A stretch of 64,000 bases of DNA from NCBI GenBank assembly GCA_963693365.1, contig CAVNZM010000001.1, forward strand, positions 2,682,907-2,746,906, given 5' to 3'. The notes under the pieces are model-generated. The model saw only the letters and a list, made by a program, of their open reading frames with translations. It was not told the origin of the DNA and ran no database searches. Shown here piece after piece: positions 1 through 34,998 of the stretch (within the stretch, counting starts at the first letter, position 1; each line of letters starts with the position of its first letter). Position numbers and translations under genes: made by a program. This DNA is from Amoebidium appalachense. Taxonomy: Eukaryota; Protista; Ichthyosporea.

Positions 1-417
<417 letters not shown>

Positions 418-1345
418 ACGCTGCTTATAAGGCACGTTAAAAATCTTTTGTAAATGCGAATCCAAGTAAACCATACACCTGAAAGTGAAATATGAGACCT
501 TTTAGTCTTTTGAAACCTTTAGGTCGACGGTTGTATCTATCGTAGGCAGGCATGACCAGCAAGCAATACATGTGCTCCAACCATGTCTGGTCTCGTGCAA
601 TTAGGATAACCTTGCGCTGTCTGAAATTTATAGTTTGTTGGTCGTTTCTTGAAAGTAATTTAATATTTGAAGGTGAAAGGTCGTTCCTGTGAGTTGAATA
701 AACTGTCACAGCCTTTTTCTGAAGACGTACGTGTGTGAGGAGAGGCTTCTGATTTTTTGAGAATGGTTGACCTGACTTGTTGCCTGCCTTCCCGTCTGTC
801 TCCCTCGAGACTACCCCTTTTCTTCCAAACGTGCAACCTCTCTTACACACTTATGCAAACCCCCCCCCCCCCCCCCCCCCCGCCCCCTCGTTGTTGAAGT
901 TTCATACTTCAGTGCTCGTTTGCATGTGTCCTGCACCGTGTTTCCCACTGTAGTTGTATCTCGTACGTTTTTCACATGATAACGCCCGGCCCCTTTCCCC
1001 CCCCTCTTTGTAAACTCCGGTGAGAATGGGCCGTTCTTGTGTCAAGCTGTTTTCTAACCGTGCTCTCCAAATAAGAACTCTTTCGCACGAAGTATGTTCG
1101 CCTCCACCCTTTATTCCCTTCCCCCTTAAACACAACCTGTACTTAAGGCGAAAGAATTATAACGGTTTGTTCTCTTGTTCCCCCCCCCCCCCCCCCCATT
1201 TCCCTTATCTCCCATGTTAAACTGACACACAGACGTACATGTTAGCTGTTTTGTCCTTCATATTTGATCACCCCCCCAGTCCTCAGCCTATGCAGTTGAA
1301 CATACCATGTGCACAAATATGCAGGCACCTTTCTGTGCTCTAAGC

Positions 1346-1377
<32 letters not shown>

Positions 1378-2249
1378 CCTTCCCCCAGGAGGGCTTCCCC
1401 GTTGCCCCCCGTTGTAAGTATGCACGGCCGTGCCCAATCCGGTAACCTGGTGCAGGGGCCCAATTCTCCACCTCCATACGTCTACAACCCCTAGAAATTT
1501 GCTCCCCCCAACCCTAAACCCGCTCCTCCTCCTCCTCCTCCTCCTCCTTTTCCTTTCTTCAAAACAGGTTGACTCACCTACAACTGTTGAAACGATAGGA
1601 TGCGTTGTACTGTAGACGGCACACGAGAAGTTAGGAGTCGATACACAATCTTTTGTGAAGGCATAGGAACCCCCTTCATGCTGAGCTTTGTTCCAGTGCT
1701 ATGCTGCCTACATACTATTTTGGTTTTGTGCTCTCTGTTTATGTTTTTTGTGCTCTTAACTGCCGGTTTTTTCAATGTTTGCCACCTAGCAACACATACA
1801 TCAGTTACCCGGGAAAGCTTTTATGCAGGGGGGAAAAAGAAGAGGTTTTTTTAAAAAGATGTGCTCAATTGAAATTTATTCTTGCTCTGCTTCAGACTAA
1901 GAACCCTCCATCCATTAAAGAATTATGTGTGTAAATTTCGCGGCAGAACGTTATATTGAAGTTTTTTGCGTCATAAATACAGCGTCGGATATTACTCAAT
2001 TATCGGGGGTTGCCCATATTTGGTGATATCTCCTCAATTAGAAATTTCACGAGAAGCATGTAAAGGAAAGAAGGAAAAATACCAACATAGTATACTTCCT
2101 CCTTATCCCCTATACTTTCTCCTTCATCCCAACACCCGGCCGCCTAGATAGCTCAGTGCTCTGGCAAAAGACATATAAAACTTCGTAGTAGTATATGACT
2201 TCCCGTTCTGGCTGGGTATGTGCTACGTACTCCAGCCGGCAGCTCGCAG

Positions 2250-2306
<57 letters not shown>

Positions 2307-2339
2307 AAAAAAAAAAAAAAAACCAATACCAACCAACCA

Positions 2340-2379
<40 letters not shown>

Positions 2380-3433
2380 TGCAGGAAGATAAACCTATAC
2401 TCGCATTTTTTTCAGCCTTTTTATTATGGTTATATTCAGCACCGCTGCCTTTTAGTGCGTACCAGCCCCAGGAGACCTATTCTACTCTCTAGGCTGAGCC
2501 CGTCAAACAGACATGACAATACGATGGGACTAAATAATGTACCAACAGACGAATCATAGTTAGGGGGGGGGGGGTTGTGTTAATTTTTAACAATTCCAAA
2601 GACTAGGGGGTTACTGTACTTCAAGATGTGTATGTATGTTTCACATCAATATTACTCGGTGACTAATCCTTCTAATATTATTAGATGTGTGGGCGGCAGC
2701 CGTTGTGCATTGTAGTAATCACAACAGACAAAAGTACTGTTGTGATTACTAAGTTATTCCGTGCTGAGTGCATGTTTTACCTCCGATCCCGCCGCACAAT
2801 GGCGCGGCCAGTACCTCATGTCTGCATGGCAGACACGAAACCCAACCACGACTACGTGTATGTCGCAGCTCAGGCATGTGTCACAGTTCATACCATCAAG
2901 GTCGTAACGTGAAGTTACGGCACGCATCTGCCCCATAGTGTTTTTGGAAGCCCATAATAGCGAACCTCATTCTATCGGAGGTCTCCTTATGGCCTACTCA
3001 GTAGGCATGCGCGCGCAGCGCACAGAACCGTTACGTTAAACTTTACGCATGATGACCATCAGGCAAGGATAAGAAGTTCATATATGCACACTAGAAATGT
3101 GGCGTGGACTGCATGCTGCATATGCATGTTGATTTAGAAATCATGTCAGCTTCTTGCACTCGGCGCAAGCGGATATTGATGCATGCATACACGAATATAT
3201 ACCAAGACTTGTCTTCGATCACCACACCGTGACACAGTGTGGCCACGTGACTTACTATGTAACTTACACGATTCAATATCATCCTATATTAAGACCCGTA
3301 TCTGCTCTGATCAATCTTATCATCCGGAATATCTGTACTAAAGATTGAAAGATTGGAAGTTTCTCCCATGCTGATAATAATTCTCCCATGTTGATAATAA
3401 TAAGGGTGTGGTCGGTAATTTGGCCTTGTGCTT

Positions 3434-3539
3434 TCAAAGCCACTGAGAAACCACTGCCTCGAAGACCCCTGTGCCGTTGTTGGTCAATGAGTGCTCAACT
3501 GGGCCATCAAACCACGTGTAGAATCCTGGCACAAACTCG

Positions 3540-3599
<60 letters not shown>

Positions 3600-4164
3600 T
3601 GTCTGTCTGTGTGTGTGTGTGTGTGTGTGTACACGCGCCCACACTCACTCAGTCTGTGTGTGTGTTGTTTGTGTGCGTGTGCGAGTGCATCGGCGGATGC
3701 GGCGCGTGAGCGTACTTGCATGCGTACGTGTCCGTGTGCGGGCACACGTATCATATGAATGCGCAAGTTGAAGTTTTCTTGATGTGCACGTTTGTGCGTG
3801 TATTGTGGGTGCCTGTGTGTATGTGTATGTGTGTATGTGTATGTGTGTATGTGTGTGGCCGGGAGTGGGGGAGGGGGGGGGGGGGGGGGGGGGGGGGGGA
3901 ATAACATGAGTAAATCAGCAGTCAATCACGGTGAGTCTAGGAGTGTGTTGCACAGCACAAGGTGCAGAGCCGTAGACCGTGCAGGAATCATTGTCAATAG
4001 TAGATAAAAAAAACAAAAACTAGATACCCCAGGAGAGGGCAGGCGGGCGGGCAGCGAGCAGGGGGGGGGGGGGGGGGGGGGGGGGGGATAATACTGGAAA
4101 GGCAAATATGCAAAGAAACTACAGGACTTCAAAAAGACTGAAACCTATGTTCTCTCTACACAGA

Positions 4165-4214
<50 letters not shown>

Positions 4215-4535
4215 TAAAGCAAGGTCCGTATCCGTATCTACCATTTTAGCGTCTGGGCGGTGAGCCACATTGGTGACGTCATTTTGTTAACAACTTTCCG
4301 TAGCCAGAAAATGGCGCGAAAATAGCCAGGATGAGGTTTGGAATAATTAGTAGGCTTTTTTGGATGTCGACTCGGTATTTGACACAAATTGATAGCATCA
4401 CCTCGGTATTTGACACAAATTGATAGCGTCACCTGATTGGTCAGAGCTATCTGAGAAATATGGCATACGGACCTTGGTTTAAAAGCCAGAAACAAAGAGA
4501 GAGGAGGCCGAGTCAAAAAGACGACGTACACTCAT

Positions 4536-4579
<44 letters not shown>

Positions 4580-5360
4580 TTTTTTTTTAAAAATTTAAAA
4601 AAAATAAATAAAATGAAATTTAAAAAATGGGTGTGTGTGTACACTGTGCATGTGTGTGGGTAGGCCGGGTGGGTGGGTTGGGAGGGGGGGGGGGGGGGGG
4701 GGGAGAGAGAGAGGGGGGGGGGGGATAGTAGGATATGGAACATGCACTGGGGTTGGGGATAAAAGCCATGATGGGAAGGCAGAAACCCATATCAGAAAGG
4801 GAATGTAGGAAAACGGGGAAATGAGGTATGAAGCTAAAAACGCTAATGGCTGGGGCAGAAAAAGATTGAGAACATTGTCGGAGGACTATAGGGAGGTTGG
4901 ACGGTGAAAGAACTTCGCACATGCACGTTGTTTCTGTTGATGTGTATGATGTGCGCGCCCGTTGTATGCGGAGATGTGTGGTCTGGCTGCACGCATATGG
5001 ATAAGTTGGTAGATATGAATAACGTGTGGGTGTGTTGTTTGCTAGTGCACAAGGTGGGGAAGGGGGAGGGGCGGAGGGTGTTGATCACCTGATGTTGGGA
5101 TGGAAAAAGGCGATACACCCGCTGATGTTTTCACTGTACGGAGAGAGAATATGGGTGACACACATCAAATGGGGCAGAGCACATATAACGTGGGTGTGCA
5201 CATACAAACGGTGGCTTGCATATCTATCTCAATGAGTGTGGGCATGTGTATTGGCATGTAACGGAACACTTGCCCATATGTCTTGTGTGTGTGGCTGGGC
5301 CCATGCGTTGTAGAGGTGTGGTGTGGGATAATAGTGTACTACACATGAATGTGTGTGCGT

Positions 5361-5391
<31 letters not shown>

Positions 5392-6272
5392 GTGTCTGTG
5401 TGTGTGTGTGTGTGTGTGCGCGCGCGCGCGCGCGCGCGCGCGCGCGCGCGCAAGCCCCCCCACCTCTCCTTCTCTGCCTTACTGATTGTACGTACGTGTG
5501 AGTGCAAGAGAGATAGACAGTGTGTGTGTGGGGAAAGAAGGGAGGGGGGGAGAGGGGGGGGGGAAAGAAATGCTTGTGTGATCGGAAGCGTAACCAAGAA
5601 ATTATTCTCAGTGCTGCTCTCATATAAGCATGTGTGTCTCCAAAAAAAGGATGGCGGGAAAGAGAGAGAGGGTAGGTAACACGATTGGTGTGAACGATGT
5701 ACCGTCATCTAGCATGTCTGAAAGCAATATGCAGTAATATCATCCAAGGAAATGTGTAATTTACAATCTGCCGGACAATCGAACGACCAAGGTGCAGAAC
5801 ATGTCATAGGGCATATCCACACACCATATGAAGTGAAGTGTGGCAAAAGGCGGCAACCCCGGGGAGTTTGTGTGTGTGGGGGGGGGGGGGGGGGGGGGGA
5901 GGGAGGAGGGGGATGGAGAGGGGAGCAAGGGTCTCTCGGAGGGAGCCCACGTGCATCAATGTGGTTCGAACACATAGATGACGGGGGGAGGGGGGGGGGG
6001 GGGGGGGGGGGGGAGGTGAGGGTTGTATGGTTGTTGTTAGACCCCGAGAGCCATAGCGAAGAAAGCAAGGCTACGGTGAATGGGGTAACATCGTGCCACC
6101 GTGTTGGTGGTTGGTGGTGCAGATGTGGCGGGGAGTGTGATGAGTGTCAGTGTGTCTGTCGGTAGCAAAATAAGTTGGAGTTGGCAATGAAGGGAAAGGT
6201 GTAGGTTGCTATCGGGTTGTTTTTTTTTTTTGTTTTTTTTTTTTTTATTATTTTTTTTTTTTTTTTTTAGGG

Positions 6273-6306
<34 letters not shown>

Positions 6307-6523
6307 AGGGGGTGGGGGATGAAGGGGGAGACGGAGGAGAGGAGAGAGGGGGAGGGGGAGGTGCAGTAGTCAGTAGTCGGTCTGCTGTGAAAAATAAGGG
6401 TGTGGGGAAAGGGGGGACAAAGGGGGAGGGGGGGGGGGGGGGGGGGGGGGGGGAGAGGAAAGGGTGAAGGGAGGGGAGCAAGTGAAAGATGTGGATGGAT
6501 AAATGTCGGGATCGTGTGGCCGG

Positions 6524-6575
<52 letters not shown>

Positions 6576-7986
6576 GGTGGCATTCACCTTCTAGATTCAC
6601 ATTGTCGGTCTGTGAAAGTGTCAGGAACCCGGAAAAATCATAACGATGACTACCTGTGGACTCACCCGGACCTAGCCGGAGCTTGTAAACACGTACCACC
6701 GCAAGTTCTGCTGCCTGTCCGTGTGTGCGTGTGGAATGTTATATTTGTGTACGGCAGATTGTGGCATGGTGGTCAGTGAACTTGGATGAGGTGTGGCTTA
6801 GGTATGATATATGGAAAAATGGGTTGCCACCTGTTAAAGGCACGAAGATGCTGGAGAACTGCATAACTGGAGGGAACAAGAAAATGGGCCCACGGCCGGG
6901 AAAAACAAAAAACAAAATACGAAAGAGGTACAGACGGGGTTAGGCACATAAGAAGAGGGTGGGCGTGGTTCACTGGGAGACTTTGGGGTGTTGTGTGTGT
7001 GTGAGTATGTGGGTACATGTGTGTGTGTGTGTGCGTGCAGATGGGCACACACGAACATGTAGGTGTGGCGAGGGGAGGGGGGGGGGGGGGGGGGGGGGAG
7101 AGGGGGGAGGGGGGCTGTACCAGAGTGTAGCAGGGATACTGGTCATGTAGACTTGGACCGCCTGTGAGAAATATTATTAGCCGTGTGTACTGTACGGCAC
7201 ATTGTTACACTCACCGAGATCAGCACACACACTCACTCCATCCCCTCTTCCCCCCCCCCCCCCCCCCCCCAATGTTATCTTCCCTTATGGCCGCCTCCCA
7301 AGTACCCACCCTACCCGACTGCCTGACTCCTTCTCGGGGGTTTTTAACGCCTCTCCATTTCCCTGCCACCTTTTTGCTCAACTTGCATAGGCTTGCAACT
7401 AAAGAACCCTCTCTTCGGCGTTAACTGCTCTTAGTGCAGAGTCCATCGATTCACATATCCGAATAGAGTTGCATACAACAAGCAATGTAGCTAGGTCACA
7501 GGGCGGGGGGATGGGGGCTGGGAAGGGGGAGACCAAGGAGGGGGGGTTGGTTTTGAAGCAAGGGGAACAAAAAAAGAGGCAGAGTTGGCAGCTTTTTCCT
7601 TCACGTCCATCCCCCCCTCCCCGCCCCTCTCCACCCACCCACCCTCCCTTCCCCCTCCCCCCCCCCCTCCTTCTTCCACCCCATCGCCCCACAAGCCCAA
7701 CCTTTTTTCCTTCAGTGGTGGAGGTGATGGGCGGGTGGTAGGAAAGAAAGGGGAGGGGGGGCAGGAAGTGAGGAATGGGAATGAAGGGGGGGGGGGAGGG
7801 GGGAGACTGGGGCAAGGGGAAGCCAAGGAATGTTGATGTGTGTATGTGGGCCTGCCATTCCCCCCCCCCCCCCCTCAAATACTCCCATTCCCCACTCTTC
7901 CTCCCCCTCTTTCATTCTCCAGCAACCGCTAACCACACCACTGCCACCATAGTTTGTATCCACGTGTGTGTGTGTATGTGGGGGAA

Positions 7987-8021
<35 letters not shown>

Positions 8022-9507
8022 AGAGAGAGAGAGACAAAGCGAGAGAGAGGGGATACAGGGGGGGGGGGGGGGGGGAGGGGGTTGGCACCGTGACATGGGG
8101 GTGTTGCCTTGACCTCTGCACCCAGAAAGCGCATGTGGGTGGTGTTTGTGGGTGGGGGGGTTATCTCGTGCACAAGGTGGCACACACTGTGAGATAGGCA
8201 GAATGCCTGCCCGGTGGAGCTGTATTGCTCTCTCCGCTCCTGATGTAAAAAGTCAAAAAAGTAAGTAGTGAATGAAACAAAAGCAGCACAAAACAGGCAT
8301 GCATATTACACCTGCCCACCCGGACGAAAACAAGAATTTTTAAGGTGAGTATAGTTGGCCAACTGGCCTTCTTGTTGTTCGTTTGTGCTCGTGGATTTAA
8401 CCCAAATGTTTGCTTTTTTAGTGTCCTTCGGAGCTGCTGGTGGCAAGGGCAGGCAGAGCGGCGGGCGAGATTTCAACTTATTTTTATCAGAGTTTTTTTT
8501 TTTTTTTGAGGGGGGGGGGGGGGGGGGGGGGGGGGAGGGGGGGGGGGGGGGGGAGGGTGGTTTCGGAAGTTGGGCAAGACACAAGGTTATCATACGTGTA
8601 TGTGTACATGTGTGCATGTAAGCACCTGTGTAAGATAATATGTGTTCCCTCGCACGCACGTATACCAGGAGCCACGGATCATGACGTGTGCAGCCGGACT
8701 GGGCGCGCGAGTGTGCACCAAGTGTTTGTGACCGCAACTATTGGTGTGTGCGACGTATGTGTGCTCGCATTTGTGTTAGAGGTAGATGCGAGATGTGAAA
8801 GAGAAAAAAGGTAGAGGGAGGTGGGGAGAAGGAGAGGGAGAGGTGGGTGTATGCAAGGGAGGGAGGCACAACCTAAACGCAGACGCACATACACAGAGTG
8901 TGGGTGAGGGGGTGCAAAGTATGGGGTGGGATGGAAGGGAGGGGGGGGGGGGGGGGGGGGGGGGGGGAGGGGGGGGGGGGGGGGAAGGGGCTGGAGAACT
9001 TAGAAAGGGCGGAAAAAAATAAAGGGGGAGAAAGGGAGATAGAGAGCTCGGGGTCGTGGTGGTGTAGGGGGCGGGGGTTAGGAAAGAGGAGAGGATAATG
9101 AGGGGTGTGAGAGAGAAAGGGGGGTGACAGGCAAGGTAGGAGGCAGGGAGAGAGATGCCCCGACCAGTCGTGCAGAGTTTTGCTCACGGTTGATAAAGCT
9201 GAAAACCTACCTTTTCCCCCTTGTCGTTCACCGCCACGTTTCTTATAGCCACCTTTCCTTGACTGCCACCATCACTCAAGCATGCATAGACGGTCTCCTG
9301 TGTGTGCCTGTGGAACAGTGTGCTCTCACCGGGAGGAACGATCGCTATATACACGCGCACATAATCATTTTCAAACAGTAGGTGGTGTCTAGGCTCGTAT
9401 ATCCAGTCGACAAACTCTATTAAACTCCCGTCTGATAGTGTGAGTGTGTGTGTGGTGAGGTGAGGCCGCTCAGGTTTGGGCGGAGGCAAGGTCGGTGCCA
9501 CAGGCAT
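3434..9507 (-). CDS. Bacterial-type double cupin (RmlC-like beta-barrel) protein, ~240 aa, 5 exons
   Basis: Phase-consistent GT-AG exons 9507-9211, 8239-8089, 7161-7121, 6714-6588 and 3540-3434 give ...EPRHHLLFENDYVRVYIAIVPPGESTLFHRH...LVHEIT...MRFLGAEVK...VRVYKLRLGPGESTGSHRY...WFDGPVEHSLTNNGTGVFEAVV, i.e. two cupin repeats. A possible upstream exon ends at a GTAAGT donor near 9923. Confidence 0.8.
4220..4476. mobile_element. Putative MITE remnant in the cupin intron
   Basis: Terminal inverted repeats CAAGGTCCGTAT...ATACGGACCTTG; internal 26-nt direct repeat CTCGGTATTTGACACAAATTGATAGC x2; no clean target-site duplication. Confidence 0.45.
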
Positions 9508-10401
9508 GATTGATGATGGCGTTGTGATCTGTTTAGCTTGGAGGGCGATATGAGTACTTAGAGTGGCGCTCTTTGGCCTGCCTTTAGCTATATCTTCTGG
9601 AAGAATGGAACAGAAAGAGCCCCCTGCACGGTTGACACACACAGCCTGGCAGGATTCTTGCAGGGGAACTCAAGGGGAGCCGCTGCGAGCGCCACCTCAC
9701 TGTGGAAAATTTTGTCGAGAAAGGAATGCACTCATCATGTCCAAAAACTTGAACGATTGGCTTAGAAATATTTATTCCTCTGAGAAATGATTGGCGAATA
9801 GATTGAATAGAAGTGGATAGATCGTGGGCCAGGCTATTTATGGCAGCAAAACCTCAGCACCCAGCTATTTATAGTCTTGGCGCGAAAATGGTGAGCCCCG
9901 GCACTGCCGGCAGCCTGACTTACGTGACTGCAGCAAGGCCTCCCTGGACTGCAGCTGCATGACCGTCGCTCTCGAGACATGACAAGGCCTCCTGGATACA
10001 CTTGCTGCATGATCGCCTGATCATGAAGGACGGACAAGACGGAACTTCATTTGTTGTTGCACCGTCACGGCCTTACAGCTACTTTAGATGAGAGTCAGTG
10101 AGCGTTTGCTTTTTGATTTTTTTTGTGCATCTATGATTCTCTATGATTCACATCGTGTAGGTGGGTCAAAACACGAGCGAGATGCTGCACCACTTGGACT
10201 GCCGTCCCGTTCGTCGCGTCACCATTAGATGTGCACTTTAGGCATCGGACAAGAAAGGACAGAGGAGTTGAATTAGATAAAGAACGCTCAGTAACATGCC
10301 GACAAAAGTTGCTAAGAGATTTGTTGGTTCTTTTAGACACTCTCCCGCAAAAGCCATTTCGGAGCTGCTCATGTCGGGGTGAAATATCCCACTATTGCAG
10401 C

Positions 10402-21726
<11,325 letters not shown>

Positions 21727-21854
21727 ATGCTGTGCTGTGCCAGGACCTTTTGCTTTCTTTTTTTTTGGTACAGGTGTATCTGGATGGTGGGTGGCTGGGT
21801 AACGGTGTTCATCGAGACATAACGTAACACAAGGAGAGCATAGAGAGAGGTTTT

Positions 21855-21910
<56 letters not shown>

Positions 21911-22258
21911 GCTCCGGGAGAAGTGGCCCCATGATATTTGGTTTTTATAGATTCCAAATTCGTTTTTTGGATATTAATTCCTTCTTTCAGATAACGATTA
22001 TGCTACCTCAGCGCTACATGATAATACTGAGAATCATGCATCCACGGTAGCGGTAAGCGTTCCTTGCGCAAGGCGTTCCCCAAGATGTTATCCGTGTAGT
22101 TAGATCACAGCACTGTGTATATGTTTTCCAAGTAGGTGGTATGTATGAACTAGATAACAGCTGATTAGAGATGGTATGTATGATAATGTGTGACACCACT
22201 AGGCAGCGGTTCTGTATAATAAAAAAGGTTCAAATCAATGACAATATGTGAAATTTAA

Positions 22259-22595
22259 GGGCCCAACCGCATCGGCAGAGTCAACTTGCAGAAAGCAGAA
22301 TTACTCTGCAAAAGCGGAATCATTCTGCAGAATTATTCTGTTGTCGAAAGCAGAATAATTCTGCTTCTTGCCGAATAATTCTGCTTTTCAAAATTAATAT
22401 TCTGCTTTCGACAGCAGAATTATTCTGCGATAAGCCTAAAACAGAATAATTCTGCTTTTAGCAGATTGATTCTGCTGTTTGCAGAATAAATTTGCTTTTT
22501 GCAGAATGATTCTGCTTTCAGCAGAATAATTCCGCAAAGCTTTTGCAGAATAATTCTGCTTTTTGGAAGTTGACTCTGCCGATGTGGTTGGGCCC
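22259..22595. mobile_element. MITE / foldback-type non-autonomous DNA transposon with TTAA flanks and an internal palindrome array
   Basis: TTAA|GGGCCCAACCGCATCGGCAGAGTCAACTT ... AAGTTGACTCTGCCGATGTGGTTGGGCCC|TTAA (~29-nt TIR, 1 mismatch); interior holds ~13 degenerate GCAGAATWATTCTGC palindromes. Confidence 0.85.
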
Positions 22596-23330
22596 TTAAA
22601 TATGTTGTGGCACAAGGTTTGCTGCTGCAGCTGCGTGGACAGGACGGCACTGCGTTCATTACTGTGTGTGGAACAGAGTGTGGAACCCGGTGCGTGGGCG
22701 TATGGGTGTGGCCATGTGGGACCCCCGGGGGAGGGGGGGGGGGGGGGGGGGGGGGGGGAGGGGGGGGGTGGGGGGAAGGGGGGGAGGAGGGGGGGGGGGG
22801 GGGGGGGGGGGACTCCCACATTGGCACGCGCGAGATTGAGGCTTGAGCGTGTATATCATTGTCTCGGTAATGGATCTCTATTGTCGGAATCCATGGGCCC
22901 ATGCCTTCTTTGAGGTTTGTCGGGGTGGGCGTCGGCGAGAAGGGGGAACCTCGGGGAGGCCTAGAGCCTGAGCCTCGGGAGGGCCGGGAGGGGGGGTGGG
23001 GTAAAACACAACAGTTAGACGTTCTAATGAAAACGTCCACAGCGACACACAGTGGTTTTGGCAGAGCATAGCATAACAAAGCGCACTCAATAAACGTTGA
23101 CCCGTAGTCCGCGCCCATGTAACCCCATGTAACCCCAACGGCTTGCTTTCGGTGAGTGATTGCGTAAACGCCAGGTGGCTCACCGAGCACTGGTCGGCCG
23201 TTGAAGCATGGTCAGAAATGCGCGCGTCAACGTCAACTTGCGGTCTGAGAGCGAAGTTACAACGTATACTTGGGGTGAAGGGCGTAGCGGAAGACGGGAA
23301 GCAGAGCCTGGGAGCAGAAAACAAGGAAGG

Positions 23331-33086
<9,756 letters not shown>

Positions 33087-33230
33087 ATCATATACATTCA
33101 AGCGATGGCGAATATGATGTGTAGGGAGTCATGGGTGGGTGTATGGCAGTATGTTGTGTAATTTATTTTTGAATGAGTGGAATGTAAGCACCGTGCACAC
33201 AGCTGATGTAGATAACTTTTACAATCCCTT

Positions 33231-33265
<35 letters not shown>

Positions 33266-33414
33266 TTCTACTCTTTTGCTTTGACTCTTCTGATGAATCT
33301 TTTGAATTCTCGTTTGTCTGCACGCATTCATTCCCTTTTTTGTTTCCGAAGATTCTCTGCCAAAATGTGTACTTTGCAGTCGAAAAGGTACCTAACATAA
33401 AACAGTATACTTAA

Positions 33415-33566
33415 ATGTTCTTCTTTTTACTTCATTTTTGCACAAATAACGTACGATCCCGCAGGTGGGGTTTTGGGGTGTTATCTTACTTAACTGTTTT
33501 TCTTTTTTACTTCATTTTTGCACAAATAACTTATGATCCCGCAGGTGGGGTTTTTGGGTGTTATCT
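33415..33566. repeat. ~80-bp imperfect tandem duplication
   Basis: TTCTTTTTACTTCATTTTTGCACAAATAAC..GATCCCGCAGGTGGGGTTTT..GGGTGTTATCT occurs twice. Confidence 0.85.
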
Positions 33567-34998
33567 CACGCCATCTGTTGCATTGCACTGTGTCCATCCT
33601 CACAGCTGTGTAGTTTAGCCATATACCGAGTGAACTGTATTTTTTCAGTATGATGGAAACGGTAATTTTCAAGTTCAGCACAATGGTGAATACAGGCAAA
33701 TTGGCTTCTAAATTCGTTTTTTAGTCACACACACCGACTATTGATGAACCCAAGGTGGTTAGACAAATGTACGTGCATATGGGTTTCTTGGGTGTATTCG
33801 TGGCCTCATATCTAGTGTGTATGTGTAGTGTATGTGTTTGTGCATGTGTGTGTGTGGTGTGGGTGAACTGTGCGCGTGTGTGTCTGGTGTGTGTGTGTGC
33901 GTGCGTGTGCGTGCATACCCTATATCATTCTAGGAATTTCTCGGTGGCATATGAATGTGAACGGTTCCCTGCGGTGAGTGCATCTTGATTCCTCATTTGT
34001 GCAGTACTATGTCTGCCTGCACGTGTGCATGCTCTTTCACGTGTCCCGTGCTCTCCTGTGTGTTATGCATATGCACATCCATATACGTGCGGACTTGTGT
34101 GACGTGTGTGTGATACACTATGACATGTGTGCGTTTGTAGTGTGTGCTGTTTCTCCTTACACACACGTGCAGCCACAGTGTGAAGGAGCAAGTAAAATAT
34201 TGCACTGGTCTATGGCGATACCATGAATTTCCGAAGCAGTTCGAATCGTGACACGGTGTCCAAAATCAAATGATTACCATTGTTTGAACAGGAATGCTTC
34301 CATACATTAGAACATATAAAGCAAATTATAGGAAAAGAAAAAGGGGTGGGGAAAAAAGCACCCTTTTAGTGTGACCAAGCTTATAAGTAATGGTGGACCT
34401 GGCCTGAGGCATACACATTCGGGTAGCATCATGAGCATAGAAACAAGTGACAAACAATTAAAAACAAGCATGATCGGAAAGGCCTGCTGCACGTGACACA
34501 TATGTTACGTCATGGGCAAATACCATGCATCTTGTGAACTCACATCAGTTGCAAGTGTCAAGCAAGTACACGTGTACACCTGTTTTCAATGTGACAGTGA
34601 GCTAATTTTTCACAACGCTATCGTTTGTTCTCACGGACCCAAGCCTACGAACGTGAGAGGAAGGAATGAAGTGCACTCGATCTGTTTTCAGTTTTTCAGT
34701 GGGAGAGGAGCTCGAGACGAATCACACTAAAATGCATGAATTACATGTTTTTGTTTTTGTACTGTAAATGAGATATTTACGGCAATCCCGTATTTTCACT
34801 GTGTTTGCTTCATGTGTCATCCCCTCCCAACCACCGTAACATACTTTGTGGAAAAAAAGACCCAGTTGAAGGACAAAAAAAACCGTGCATTGACATTTTT
34901 ACGTGACTATTAGTATGAAGGGGGGAACACACAACCCACACCGTGCACCCTACGGGAAGTGACCAAGTGAGAACTAAATTCGTCCATTTTATAGGAAA

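Noticed and set aside
437-850. 137-aa minus-strand ORF after calmodulin
   Set aside because: Overlaps the presumed calmodulin 3' UTR, has no ATG start and no domain features.
2142-2250. tRNA-like start GCCTAGATAGCTCAGTG followed by a hairpin
   Set aside because: No B box/TTCGA arm, anticodon stem or acceptor-stem closure; at most a SINE-like relic.
8306-8450. Extra exon candidates in the cupin gene (also 7400-7490 and 5710-5850)
   Set aside because: The five-exon model is already phase-consistent and complete, and these add no cupin motif.
22290-22565. Palindromic repeat array resembling a CRISPR
   Set aside because: Spacers are only 0-10 nt and not unique, there are no cas genes, and the array lies inside TIRs of a eukaryotic MITE.
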